Of a stretch of DNA of 15,769 nucleotides, positions 7,906-15,769 are shown in pieces. The notes beneath the pieces are model-generated. The model made no database searches, was not told where the DNA came from, and saw only the letters and a program-made list of their open reading frames with translations. Source of the DNA: a virus (Duplodnaviria; Heunggongvirae; Uroviricota; Caudoviricetes); IMG/VR virus record IMGVR_UViG_2675903658_000005; one strand, 5' to 3'. The position numbers and the translations under genes are program-made. The number at the start of each line of letters is the position of its first letter. Position 1 is the first letter of the stretch.

Positions 7906-8505
7906 TCAGAAACGGTATCCGATACCAACAATAAATGCATCCGTTCGCCAGTCGCCACTGCCGGAGCCTTCATAAGCAATATCAATGGCCACGGATTCGG
8001 TCGGGTTAAACTGCACGCCAGCTCCCCACGCCAGAGAGGTATTGCTGTGGCGACCGTCATCACTTCCGGTCAGCACGTCGTGCATTTTCCCCTTGTTGTC
8101 AGTTACGCGGAGATAATCCCCGGAGAAAGTCGACACACGGCTGTAAGCCACACCTGCCATCGCATAAGCACTGAACCATTCATTCACGCGCACAGACGGC
8201 CCCGCCATTACGCTGAACCAGCGGTTACGCACGGAATCTTCATGCCAGCGGGTATCGCTGTAATGCGTTTTTTGCTCATCTTTGGCATTGGCATAACTGA
8301 ATGACGTCACCAGCCCCAGCGTGTCCGTAAACTCATAACGGTATTTCACGTTAATCCCGTTCAGATCATCGCTGCCAGGCATATCAGTATGGGTCTGAAG
8401 ATACCCGGCGCTTAGTGTGGACTGATGCTCTGCTGCGCTCGCTGGCGTACCAGCGGCAACCAGCCAGACTACTGCGGACAGAATAACAGCACATAATTTA
8501 CGCAT
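7906..8505 (-). CDS. lom: Lom outer membrane protein (Ail/Lom family), copy 1
   Basis: 199-aa ORF with signal peptide; strongly similar to phage lambda Lom as recalled (EHQSTLSAGYL...NGINVKYRYEFTDTLGLVTSFSYA...WHEDSVRNRWFSVMAGPSVRVNEWFSAYAMAGVAYSRVSTFSGDY...). SD AGAGG upstream of ATG 8505. Confidence 0.9.
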   Translation of the reverse strand: MRKLCAVILSAVVWLVAAGTPASAAEHQSTLSAGYLQTHTDMPGSDDLNGINVKYRYEFTDTLGLVTSFSYANAKDEQKTHYSDTRWHEDSVRNRWFSVMAGPSVRVNEWFSAYAMAGVAYSRVSTFSGDYLRVTDNKGKMHDVLTGSDDGRHSNTSLAWGAGVQFNPTESVAIDIAYEGSGSGDWRTDAFIVGIGYRF

Positions 8506-8526
8506 AATTACCTCTCGCTTTTCTGC

Positions 8527-8553
8527 AATAAAAAAGGCGCCATTTCTGGCGCC
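8527..8553 (-). terminator. Intrinsic terminator upstream of lom copy 1 (duplicate of the J terminator)
   Basis: Duplicate of 9758..9784: stem ggcgcca / tggcgcc with 4-nt loop followed on the minus strand by TTTTTTATT. Confidence 0.5.
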
Positions 8554-8572
8554 CGTATTGGGGTTATAAAAT

Positions 8573-8695
8573 TCAGCTAATCGTGATGCCTGCAGTGGCT
8601 TTCTTCATCACAACAACCAGCAAATCGCTGATACTTGCTGTGGGATACCAGCCATTTACCCACCATGCTGATACAGAAAACTCCAGCGTCATGTG
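8573..8695 (-). other. Relic of the J 3' end (last 41 codons) created by the tandem duplication
   Basis: Identical to 9804..9926, the last 123 bp of J. No start codon, out of frame with the upstream stf fragment. Confidence 0.7.
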
Positions 8696-8985
8696 ACATC
8701 TTCCGTCATGGCGCCGAGAAAATCATTCAGCGTACCTGGTCTGGAACCTTCATAGACGGTAATGGTCCCGGCATGTGAAGGCGGAAAATCTTCAACCAGC
8801 AGGGTGACGCTGTACTGGCCATACTCAACATCCATGCTGTAACGCCCGGCTTCATCCGGATTTTCAGAGGCCACCGTGTTCACCACCACCGTGCTGCTGG
8901 TCCGTCTGGCCTTCAGCACAATGGTGCAGTTCTGTACTGGTTTTCCTGTGCCATCTTTAAGCACGCCAGAAATTTTTACTGTCAT
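8689..8985 (-). pseudogene. Truncated duplicate of the stf 5' end (97 codons, then VT-stop)
   Basis: 8697..8985 is identical to 7466..7754; the ORF diverges at the duplication junction (...GAMTED-VT* vs ...GAMTEDDVMPEA in full-length stf). Confidence 0.8.
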
Positions 8986-8996
8986 ACTTTTCCACC

Positions 8997-9032
8997 AATA
9001 AAAAAAGCCCGCAGCAGTGACGCCACGGGCTT
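8997..9032 (-). terminator. Intrinsic terminator downstream of lom (copy 2)
   Basis: Identical to 7766..7801 (offset 1231). Confidence 0.5.
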
Positions 9033-9136
9033 CAGGACAGTGTAACTTTACGTTTCCTCAAACGCAGTTCACCCCATAAGGCGGATGAACCTGCGTATCA
9101 TAACAATATTTACAGAAGATAAATCGGCGTCTGTTG

Positions 9137-9736
9137 TCAGAAACGGTATCCGATACCAACAATAAATGCATCCGTTCGCCAGTCGCCACTGCCGGAGCCT
9201 TCATAAGCAATATCAATGGCCACGGATTCGGTCGGGTTAAACTGCACGCCAGCTCCCCACGCCAGAGAGGTATTGCTGTGGCGACCGTCATCACTTCCGG
9301 TCAGCACGTCGTGCATTTTCCCCTTGTTGTCAGTTACGCGGAGATAATCCCCGGAGAAAGTCGACACACGGCTGTAAGCCACACCTGCCATCGCATAAGC
9401 ACTGAACCATTCATTCACGCGCACAGACGGCCCCGCCATTACGCTGAACCAGCGGTTACGCACGGAATCTTCATGCCAGCGGGTATCGCTGTAATGCGTT
9501 TTTTGCTCATCTTTGGCATTGGCATAACTGAATGACGTCACCAGCCCCAGCGTGTCCGTAAACTCATAACGGTATTTCACGTTAATCCCGTTCAGATCAT
9601 CGCTGCCAGGCATATCAGTATGGGTCTGAAGATACCCGGCGCTTAGTGTGGACTGATGCTCTGCTGCGCTCGCTGGCGTACCAGCGGCAACCAGCCAGAC
9701 TACTGCGGACAGAATAACAGCACATAATTTACGCAT
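9137..9736 (-). CDS. lom: Lom outer membrane protein (Ail/Lom family), copy 2
   Basis: 199-aa ORF, identical in translation to 7906..8505; in the position expected from lambda gene order (directly downstream of J). Confidence 0.9.
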   Translation of the reverse strand: MRKLCAVILSAVVWLVAAGTPASAAEHQSTLSAGYLQTHTDMPGSDDLNGINVKYRYEFTDTLGLVTSFSYANAKDEQKTHYSDTRWHEDSVRNRWFSVMAGPSVRVNEWFSAYAMAGVAYSRVSTFSGDYLRVTDNKGKMHDVLTGSDDGRHSNTSLAWGAGVQFNPTESVAIDIAYEGSGSGDWRTDAFIVGIGYRF

Positions 9737-9757
9737 AATTACCTCTCGCTTTTCTGC

Positions 9758-9784
9758 AATAAAAAAGGCGCCATTTCTGGCGCC
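9758..9784 (-). terminator. Intrinsic terminator between J and lom
   Basis: Minus strand: ggcgcca-gaaa-tggcgcc (plus 9767..9784) followed by TTTTTTATT (plus 9758..9766); 20 nt after the J stop, followed by the lom SD. Confidence 0.55.
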
Positions 9785-9803
9785 CGTATTGGGGTTATAA
9801 AAT

Positions 9804-12800
9804 TCAGCTAATCGTGATGCCTGCAGTGGCTTTCTTCATCACAACAACCAGCAAATCGCTGATACTTGCTGTGGGATACCAGCCATTTACCCACCATGCT
9901 GATACAGAAAACTCCAGCGTCATGTGGCCGCGACCAGCAGGCATATCAATAACACCACTGTAAACCAGCGTATTATCCATCGCGGTACGGTTATAAATTT
10001 CAGCACCGTTTTTCTTCACTATCAGGCGGCATGACGAATAAGTATCGCTGTTCTCCCGCTCATGTCTGGCACCGCTGAAAGCCACCGCCGGAATAACAAT
10101 CTGCCGGTTAAACGGCTGATCGTCATAAACCCTGACGGTAATGGTTCCTGATGGCCAACGCTTCGGTGCACGGGAGTCACGAGGGAAAGCCTTACCCACT
10201 GTTTTAACGAGATCGCCTTCAATCTGGTTTGCAGACAGTTTCCCTCTGATGACACAGTTCTCGTTAATGGTGACATTATTGAGCGTGCCGGTATTCGCCG
10301 TGATGGCTCCACTGATATCCGCATTGCGGGCTGTCAGCCTGCCATCCGGCGTCAGGGAAAACGTCGGAGGATTGCCGGATGACGTGATGCTCACCGCAAA
10401 CAGTCGCTTCAGGAACACGTCGTTCATGAACAGCTGATTCCCCTGCGCCACAAACAGCGGCGTGGTGTTGCCATTCTCCGGGGTAATCATCGCGATACGG
10501 TCAGCCTGCAGCAGAATACTGCTCAGCGTCTGACCATCAACATCCTCAATCCCCGCACCAATCCCGGCCACATAGGGAATACCGTTTTTTGTTTTCTGCA
10601 CCTTCAGCATATACATGGCATTCAGCTCATTGCGCGTGTCTGACTGAACCCGCTGGATTTGCTGTATGGTCACGGCCTGGTCACCCAGTTTTTTATCCGT
10701 GGTCGAGGTAATTTCACTCCCTTTTTTATCCACGTACTGGCGGACCTGTGCTATCTGTCGGGCATTTTCTGACTGCCCCTGGCTGACAGTCTGTGAGATT
10801 TCACTGCTCACCCGGTCCACTTTCTGGCTCACCTGCGCGATGGCCAGTGTCTGGTCCTCATTCTTTTTCGCAACCAGCTGCGTGAGGCTGTTTTCCGCCT
10901 CCCCGATTTTCCGGGTCACTTCTGCGATATCCGTGTCCATCCGCTGACGGATGTCTTCTTCCAGTTGCGTGACCTCCGTACGCAGCGCTGAAGCATCAAT
11001 GCGCTCTTTCAGTGCCTGGCCCAGAAGCGTCTCATCTATCAGCCCCCGGAAAATTTCCAGATACCCTTCACCATCATTGCTGGGCTGCCCGCTGGCTTCC
11101 ACAAAAGCAGATTTTCCCACCAGGTTGACGCTTCGCACGTAAAACCAGAAATCCGTCCCCGGCTTAATCCGGCTCCCCTGGACAGTCCACTGACTGCCGG
11201 TCCCCAGATAACGGGCAGATTTTTCCACCTGTGCCGTGTTCGTGATGCGTTTTTCTGAGAACCAGAATTCAAACTGTACCGTCGGGTCATACACCGCAAG
11301 ACGCGGGACCGCCGTTATCTGAAAATACCCCGGCGTCAGCTCAATGGTGGCGGGTTTTGCAGGCGCGTTAATCCGGAAGGTGGTGGTCGCAGGTTCGCCC
11401 TGCTGGCCGTAGCTGTTAATGGCCCGCACCGTCAGGGTGTATTCCCCCAGCGGCAGACCACTGAAACGGTGCTCCGTGTCTGCGGTGATGGCGGTGCTCA
11501 CCAGACGGCTGTCTTCTCCGCTTCCGCTGGTCAGACGCAGACTGAAGCGCACACCCTTCACCACCCGCGGCGTGTCCCATTTCGCCTGTGCCAGATACTG
11601 ACCGTCAGCTGCACTCACCTCCACCGTCAGGTGCTGCACTGCCGGTGGGATAACGCTGTTCAGGCTGCCTGACTGCGGCTCAAAGCTGGCCCCGTTATCC
11701 ACAATGGCTTCTTTTTCCGGTACGTGCTGCACCGCCGTGATGGCGAACGTGCCGTCCGTGTTTTCCCGAATGGAGACACAGCGGAACAGGCGACGACGCA
11801 GTGACGGCAGGGAGAGTCCCCACACACCGTATGTCTCCACACCATCCGGCAGGGTGCTGACCTGTATCCGGTCAGGCGCGGGGTGTGCGGTGATGGCCAC
11901 GCTCGCCGGCTTACCGCTGCCGTTAATCAGATTAACAGTGGCCGTGCCGGTCTCCGGCAGTGTCACCTCCCGGTCCAGCGTCAGGGTACGGCTGGCGGCA
12001 TCGATGGACAGGACACGTCCGCCGGTCATGGTCCCGGCATAGTCGTTATCACAGATTTCAATGATGTCACCGGGTGTGTGACGCAGCCCCTGTGACCCGA
12101 GCGTGAAATCCACCGTCTGCGTTTCCAGCAGTTCGGTCTTTATCACCCACAGCCCGGCACGGTGGGCCTGACCGCGGCTGGTACAGCCGAACGCGTCCAT
12201 CTTCAGCAGGTTGCGTCCGTAGCGCAGTATGGCTTCCGGGTCTTCCACCAGTTCCGTGGAGGTCTGCCAGCCGTTCTGCGGGTCGGTGTAATTCACCTCC
12301 ACTGCCGTGTGCCGGTCCTTCAGGGCACTGAAGCTGTAGCGGAAACCCACGCCGTTATCATCCACCACCACATCGCTGTTGGTGTACGGCCACACCACAT
12401 CCGACGGACGGTCCTGAACGAACGTCAGCGTCTGGCCGTTCCATACCGGCATACAGCGCATCGCAGAGCAGAAATCACTGAGAACGTCCCACGCCTTACG
12501 CTGTTGTGCCAGGTACGCATTAAAGGTCATCCGCGGCTCGGTCCCCCCGAAACCATCCGGGACCGTCTGGTCGCAGTACTGCCCGATGGCATACAGCGCC
12601 CACTTGTCCACATCCGCCGCCCCCAGACGTTTTCCCATGCCGTAGCGCGGGTGAGTCAGCATGTCCCACAGACACCAGGCCGGGTTGTTGCTGTATGCCG
12701 GTTTCAGGCTGCCGTCCCAGATACCACTGTACGTGCGTTTTTCCGGGTCATAGTTTGACGGCACCTGGATGATGCGACCGCGGATATGGTAGTTCACCGT

Positions 12801-13496
12801 CATCTGCTGGCCGCCGAACTGCTCCGCATCCACCTGCAGCCCCACAATGGCCGTGTTCGGGTAGCACTGTTTCACATCGATGATTTCGGTGTATGACGAC
12901 CACAGCGTCTTATTCTGCAGCTGGTCCGTGGTGCTGTCCGCCGTCTCCCTGACCATCCGGATGTTAAAGGGCCGGGGAGGCAGATTATCCAGAATCACCG
13001 AGGCCAGGAACTGCGAGGTGGTCTTGCCGTTAATGGTGACATCCTTTTCCGTCACCCAGCGGCCATTACGCTGTAACTGAATCAGAATCCGGACAGAGGA
13101 AGGATTACGGTCGCCCCTTGACGTGGTCTGCACCAGTGACTGCACCCCGAAGGTAACCCGCAGGCGGTCAATGTTCGCGGACGTAATGGTGCGCGTCACC
13201 GGTTTTGCCTTCGTCACTTCCACGCCCAGTCCGGTTTCAGCTCCGGAGGACTCAAAGCCTTCCGGTGGTGTCTGCTCCTGCTCCCCGGCACGCCAGACCG
13301 CGGTCACACCGTGTATCACGGGATTACCGTCCGTGTCCGTCAGCGGGGTTTTGTTCACCAGGATACTCTGCAGTCCCTTCACCGGACCTTCTATCGGTCC
13401 CTCACCAATCGCATCAATCACACTCATCATCTGCGTGGATTTGAGATTATCCTTCGCCTCACGAGGCGTGTGTGCCTTACCGCCACCTTTTCCCAT
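9804..13496 (-). CDS. J: Tail tip / host specificity protein J (central tail fiber)
   Basis: 1,230-aa ORF; N-terminal ~800 aa closely track lambda J as recalled (MGKG..[16 protein letters not shown]...[32 protein letters not shown]...[14 protein letters not shown]...). Carries a coiled-coil-like insertion and a divergent last ~200 aa relative to lambda. SD AGGGGAAGG before ATG 13496. Confidence 0.93.
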   Translation of the reverse strand: MGKGGGKAHTPREAKDNLKSTQMMSVIDAIGEGPIEGPVKGLQSILVNKTPLTDTDGNPVIHGVTAVWRAGEQEQTPPEGFESSGAETGLGVEVTKAKPVTRTITSANIDRLRVTFGVQSLVQTTSRGDRNPSSVRILIQLQRNGRWVTEKDVTINGKTTSQFLASVILDNLPPRPFNIRMVRETADSTTDQLQNKTLWSSYTEIIDVKQCYPNTAIVGLQVDAEQFGGQQMTVNYHIRGRIIQVPSNYDPEKRTYSGIWDGSLKPAYSNNPAWCLWDMLTHPRYGMGKRLGAADVDKWALYAIGQYCDQTVPDGFGGTEPRMTFNAYLAQQRKAWDVLSDFCSAMRCMPVWNGQTLTFVQDRPSDVVWPYTNSDVVVDDNGVGFRYSFSALKDRHTAVEVNYTDPQNGWQTSTELVEDPEAILRYGRNLLKMDAFGCTSRGQAHRAGLWVIKTELLETQTVDFTLGSQGLRHTPGDIIEICDNDYAGTMTGGRVLSIDAASRTLTLDREVTLPETGTATVNLINGSGKPASVAITAHPAPDRIQVSTLPDGVETYGVWGLSLPSLRRRLFRCVSIRENTDGTFAITAVQHVPEKEAIVDNGASFEPQSGSLNSVIPPAVQHLTVEVSAADGQYLAQAKWDTPRVVKGVRFSLRLTSGSGEDSRLVSTAITADTEHRFSGLPLGEYTLTVRAINSYGQQGEPATTTFRINAPAKPATIELTPGYFQITAVPRLAVYDPTVQFEFWFSEKRITNTAQVEKSARYLGTGSQWTVQGSRIKPGTDFWFYVRSVNLVGKSAFVEASGQPSNDGEGYLEIFRGLIDETLLGQALKERIDASALRTEVTQLEEDIRQRMDTDIAEVTRKIGEAENSLTQLVAKKNEDQTLAIAQVSQKVDRVSSEISQTVSQGQSENARQIAQVRQYVDKKGSEITSTTDKKLGDQAVTIQQIQRVQSDTRNELNAMYMLKVQKTKNGIPYVAGIGAGIEDVDGQTLSSILLQADRIAMITPENGNTTPLFVAQGNQLFMNDVFLKRLFAVSITSSGNPPTFSLTPDGRLTARNADISGAITANTGTLNNVTINENCVIRGKLSANQIEGDLVKTVGKAFPRDSRAPKRWPSGTITVRVYDDQPFNRQIVIPAVAFSGARHERENSDTYSSCRLIVKKNGAEIYNRTAMDNTLVYSGVIDMPAGRGHMTLEFSVSAWWVNGWYPTASISDLLVVVMKKATAGITIS

Positions 13497-13599
13497 ACAG
13501 CCTTCCCCTGAATAAATTAACCGCCACTTGCCATTCCGTACAGAAGTCGGATATCCTTCGCCCGAAAAGCATGAAACACATTTCTGCCATGCTAAAGAG

Positions 13600-13637
13600 A
13601 AACCCCGGTATCAGCAGATACCGGGGTTTTCTTTCAT
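13600..13637. terminator. GC-rich hairpin with U-rich flanks on both strands in the I-J intergenic insertion (possible bidirectional terminator)
   Basis: Perfect inverted repeat aaaccccggtatc (13600..13612), loop agca, gataccggggttt (13617..13629). Plus strand is followed by tctttc; minus strand by tctctttagc. Confidence 0.5.
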
Positions 13638-13701
13638 GCCCACCGATAATCCTGTTGGTTAAAACCGGTAATGGCATAAAAATTCTGAATATCTTCACAT
13701 T

Positions 13702-13729
13702 TTCACAAAATCCCTGTGGCACTTATAAT
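13702..13729 (+). promoter_or_regulatory. Near-consensus sigma70 promoter on the strand antisense to the tail operon
   Basis: TTCACA (13702..13707), 16-bp spacer, perfect TATAAT (13724..13729); predicted start near 13736. Confidence 0.45.
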
Positions 13730-13735
13730 TTCTCT

Positions 13736-13827
13736 GCGTTAATTTTTTTTGTCGTGACATAAGAATAATTATCTATAGTTGATCTTCGTAACGCTCCCGC
13801 AGCTCCGCAACTCTGCGGGATTTTTTT
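13736..13827 (+). ncRNA. Candidate small RNA (~90 nt) between promoter 13702..13729 and terminator 13795..13827
   Basis: No ATG and no plausible ORF in the interval; 5' U8 tract (13742..13750), AU-rich body, 3' intrinsic terminator. Purely predicted from promoter/terminator geometry; no expression evidence. Confidence 0.3.
13795..13827 (+). terminator. Rho-independent terminator (plus strand)
   Basis: Stem tcccgcag (13795..13802) / ctgcggga (13813..13820), 10-nt loop, then TTTTTTT (13821..13827). The minus strand has no U-tract after the hairpin, so it is plus-oriented. Confidence 0.6.
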
Positions 13828-13834
13828 ATTCTTT

Positions 13835-14515
13835 TTACCCCTGCCGCCCGATAACCACGACCTTTCCGCCCCCGCCTTCATCACGGGTGCTGATGTCCTG
13901 GGATATACGGCGGGAGCCAACCAGCATTTCCCCGTAAGGCACCGGCATCGGGTTCCCCTGGGCAATCATGTTATCCAGCGAGGAAAAGTACGTGTTCTGT
14001 CTGCCGTTATCCGTTACGCGGTAATCCGGTGTTTTTGCCTTCGGGGCCAGCATCTGTGCCACACCGCCCAGTATCATGCTGGCCCCCAGTGAAAACAGCA
14101 TCGTGGTGGCAGAAAAACCACCGGCTGCCAGGGCTGAACCCCATAACGCCATCGAGGCACCGGCCGTGAAGAAAGAGCCCACGATGGCTGCCGCCCCCAG
14201 CACAATCTGCAGTCCGCCCTTTCCGGCTCCGGCCAGTCGCGGCACAATGTGGATGACCGTTCCCTCACCCAGCTGTTCGTGAAGACGGGCGTACACCGCC
14301 TCCGGTGCCGTGTCATCACCGGCAATACGTATCTGGTACCAGCCTTCGTTCATCTGACGGCGAAAGCCCGGCACCTGTAACGACAGGGCACGGATGGCTT
14401 CCGCTGCCGTGTTCACATACAGGCTGAGGCGGCGGCCAAATCGTTGCAAATCCCCGTGAAGGCAGATGCGTGCCAGTGGCGGTGACGCCAGACAGAATGC
14501 GTTCGTCGTTGCCAT
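13835..14515 (-). CDS. I: Tail tip assembly protein I
   Basis: 226-aa ORF closely matching lambda gpI as recalled (LASP..ARICLxGDLQRFGRR...AEAIRAL...GWYQxRIAG...IHIVPRxAGA...QIVLGAAAIxGSFFTAGA...FSLGASMxLGGVAQMLAPKA...NTYFSSLDNMxAQGN). Confidence 0.9.
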   Translation of the reverse strand: MATTNAFCLASPPLARICLHGDLQRFGRRLSLYVNTAAEAIRALSLQVPGFRRQMNEGWYQIRIAGDDTAPEAVYARLHEQLGEGTVIHIVPRLAGAGKGGLQIVLGAAAIVGSFFTAGASMALWGSALAAGGFSATTMLFSLGASMILGGVAQMLAPKAKTPDYRVTDNGRQNTYFSSLDNMIAQGNPMPVPYGEMLVGSRRISQDISTRDEGGGGKVVVIGRQG

Positions 14516-15156
14516 TTTTCGGAATACCTCTCCCGTTTACTCAGTTGTTCAGGCAGATGGTGAAGCAGCTCACCGTTGCCGCAGTAAATGGCGGCATGGT
14601 TCGGTACCGAAGCACCAAAGCAGCACAGCAGAATATCGCCCGCCTGTGCAGAGGACAGGGGCACCCGGTAAAAGCCGGTGACCGCCATATTGTCCAGGTA
14701 AAGGTTCTGACCGTTGCGCCACCAGTCATCCTCGCGATGAAAATCCGGCATTTCAGTCCCCGCCAGATGGTATGCATCCCGGAACAGGGTGTAACAGTCC
14801 GTCACCCCGTGCTCAAAGCGCCGTCCCGTCAGGTGCGGCACGCAGCGGAATTTGTGAATGTCACCCCGGCAGACCAGCCACCAGGGCAGTGCGCTCTTTA
14901 TCTGCAGCCGCCGGTCCGCCTCGCTCAGCCAGGGCAGACCACCGGGATGACTGTGGACCAGCGCCACAATCTCCCCCTGCATCTCTGCCCGCAGCCAGTC
15001 TTCCGGTGCGATACGAAAATACGCCTCCGGCTCTGCAGAAATATTCACACAAGGGATATACCACTCCCCCTCCGGCGTGCTTATCACGAAGCCGCACGCC
15101 TCCGCAGGCGCACACCGCCGGGCATGCGCCAGAATCGCTGATTCAGTCTGTGTCAT
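14413..15156 (-). CDS. K: Tail tip assembly protein K (JAB/MPN plus NlpC/P60 domains)
   Basis: Lambda gpK-like sequence starting at internal Met 15156 (MTQTESAILAHARRCAPAE...) of ORF 14413..15417; JAMM-type motif HSHPGG...SEAD and NlpC/P60-type Cys/His (DCYTLF, NHAAIY). The ORF-track N-terminal extension overlaps L and is rejected. The 3' end overlaps the I start by 103 bp in another frame. Confidence 0.85.
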   Translation of the reverse strand: MTQTESAILAHARRCAPAEACGFVISTPEGEWYIPCVNISAEPEAYFRIAPEDWLRAEMQGEIVALVHSHPGGLPWLSEADRRLQIKSALPWWLVCRGDIHKFRCVPHLTGRRFEHGVTDCYTLFRDAYHLAGTEMPDFHREDDWWRNGQNLYLDNMAVTGFYRVPLSSAQAGDILLCCFGASVPNHAAIYCGNGELLHHLPEQLSKRERYSEKWQRRTHSVWRHRHWHASAFTGICNDLAAASACM

Positions 15157-15166
15157 AAACCGGGAT

Positions 15167-15769
15167 TTACTGCGAAAGTTTATTAATGGAAAGGAAACCG
15201 CCAAAATTGCCGACATTCCTGCGCAGTTCACACCCGCGCATGCACTTGCTGCATCTGTCCTTACGGATATCCGTGGTGGGTTTATCGAACTCATCCGCCA
15301 CAGCCTCGCCCGTGTAACCACACTCATCAGAGCGGTAGGTCCACATACAGGTGTTCGCCAGCATGATACGACCGGGAAACAGCGCCCCGTCCGTCTCGGT
15401 CGGTGTGGCCAGCACAAACGAGGCCGTCATGGCTGTCAGCTGCGACATCTGCTCCACCACCCAGCGGTCACTCAACTCCTGCTCCGGGTCCGCCGCCGGA
15501 TTGCCCGCAACGAAATTCACCGCATCCAGAAAACGGGCATACACCCGGCGGCGGACCACCGTGGCCCCCACCAGACTCTGCAGGTCCTCCGCCACCCCGG
15601 TGACAAGGCCAAACAGATTGGACACCGTCAGCGACGGGCGGGCACTGCTGCCCCGGCCGTTCATCTCAAAGCCGCTGCCGTCAATCGGGTATGCCTCATA
15701 CTTACGCCCCTGCCAGGTGACCGGCTCCCCTTTTTCATTCAGCTCATTACAGAAAAAATACCGCTCACC
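15167..15769 (-). CDS. L: Minor tail protein L (partial; 5' end lies beyond the window)
   Basis: Frame is open to the window edge; translation (GERYFFCNELNEKGEPVTWQG...SSARPSLTVSNLFGLVTGVAEDLQSLVG...GNFGGFLSINKLSQ*) matches lambda gpL. The ORF-track Met at 15664 is internal. Confidence 0.85.
   Translation of the reverse strand, partial: GERYFFCNELNEKGEPVTWQGRKYEAYPIDGSGFEMNGRGSSARPSLTVSNLFGLVTGVAEDLQSLVGATVVRRRVYARFLDAVNFVAGNPAADPEQELSDRWVVEQMSQLTAMTASFVLATPTETDGALFPGRIMLANTCMWTYRSDECGYTGEAVADEFDKPTTDIRKDRCSKCMRGCELRRNVGNFGGFLSINKLSQ

Larger units (their letters stand above)
7466..8695. repeat. Tandem direct repeat unit A (1,230 bp)
   Basis: Base-by-base comparison at both boundaries and the identical six-frame ORFs show 7466..8695 equals 8697..9926 (period 1,231 bp; a single unmatched base at 8696). 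The unit spans stf 5' end, lom, flanking terminators and J 3' end. Confidence 0.95.
8697..9926. repeat. Tandem direct repeat unit B (1,230 bp)
   Basis: See unit A; ORF pairs 7827..8063 / 9058..9294 and 7903..8304 / 9134..9535 are identical. Confidence 0.95.

Noticed and set aside
7466-9926. Possibility that the tandem duplication is insertion-sequence mediated, or that the window contains a CRISPR array or tRNA (possible att site)
   Set aside because: No transposase-like ORF or terminal inverted repeats flank the unit and the junction is a simple head-to-tail join. No regularly spaced short repeats or tRNA-like cloverleaf were seen anywhere in the window.
9990-13515. Numerous plus-strand and off-frame ORFs inside J (e.g. 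12162..12758, 11704..12042, 13123..13515, 10141..10437)
   Set aside because: All are antisense or out of frame relative to a 1,230-aa ORF with clear lambda J homology; no RBS or recognisable motifs.
13472-13965. ORFs crossing the I-J intergenic insertion (13472..13762 +, 13477..13722 -, 13723..13965 -)
   Set aside because: They run through the hairpins and promoter elements, lack Shine-Dalgarno sequences and overlap the real I and J ends. The region is better explained as non-coding.
14413-15417. Long 334-aa ORF extending K upstream by 87 codons, and plus-strand ORFs 14470..15141 (223 aa) and 14772..15158 antisense to K
   Set aside because: Homology to gpK begins at the internal Met (15156); the upstream extension overlaps the L coding region. 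Antisense ORFs are Arg/Pro-rich GC artefacts.

Overview
The window reads as the right (tail) arm of a lambdoid prophage plus its cargo, at a DLP12-like ompT locus of an Enterobacteriaceae (E. coli-like) genome. All protein calls are from recognising motifs and lambda/E. coli homologues by eye; no database search was run. On the minus strand lie the tail genes L (partial), K, I and J, then lom, a side tail fiber gene (stf) and two small unknown ORFs. Low-coordinate cargo comprises two tail-fiber-assembly (tfa) relics flanking a frameshifted ybcY-like methyltransferase, a secreted TAP-like hydrolase, ompT and a divergent XRE-cupin regulator. The two most notable observations are: (1) a perfect 1,230-bp tandem duplication (7466..8695 and 8697..9926) giving two identical lom copies, a truncated stf 5' fragment and a J 3' relic; (2) a 338-bp insertion between I and J carrying a near-consensus antisense promoter and an intrinsic terminator about 90 nt apart, a candidate small-RNA moron. 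The stf-orf92-orf97 module is a candidate uncharacterised system but its function cannot be assigned from sequence.
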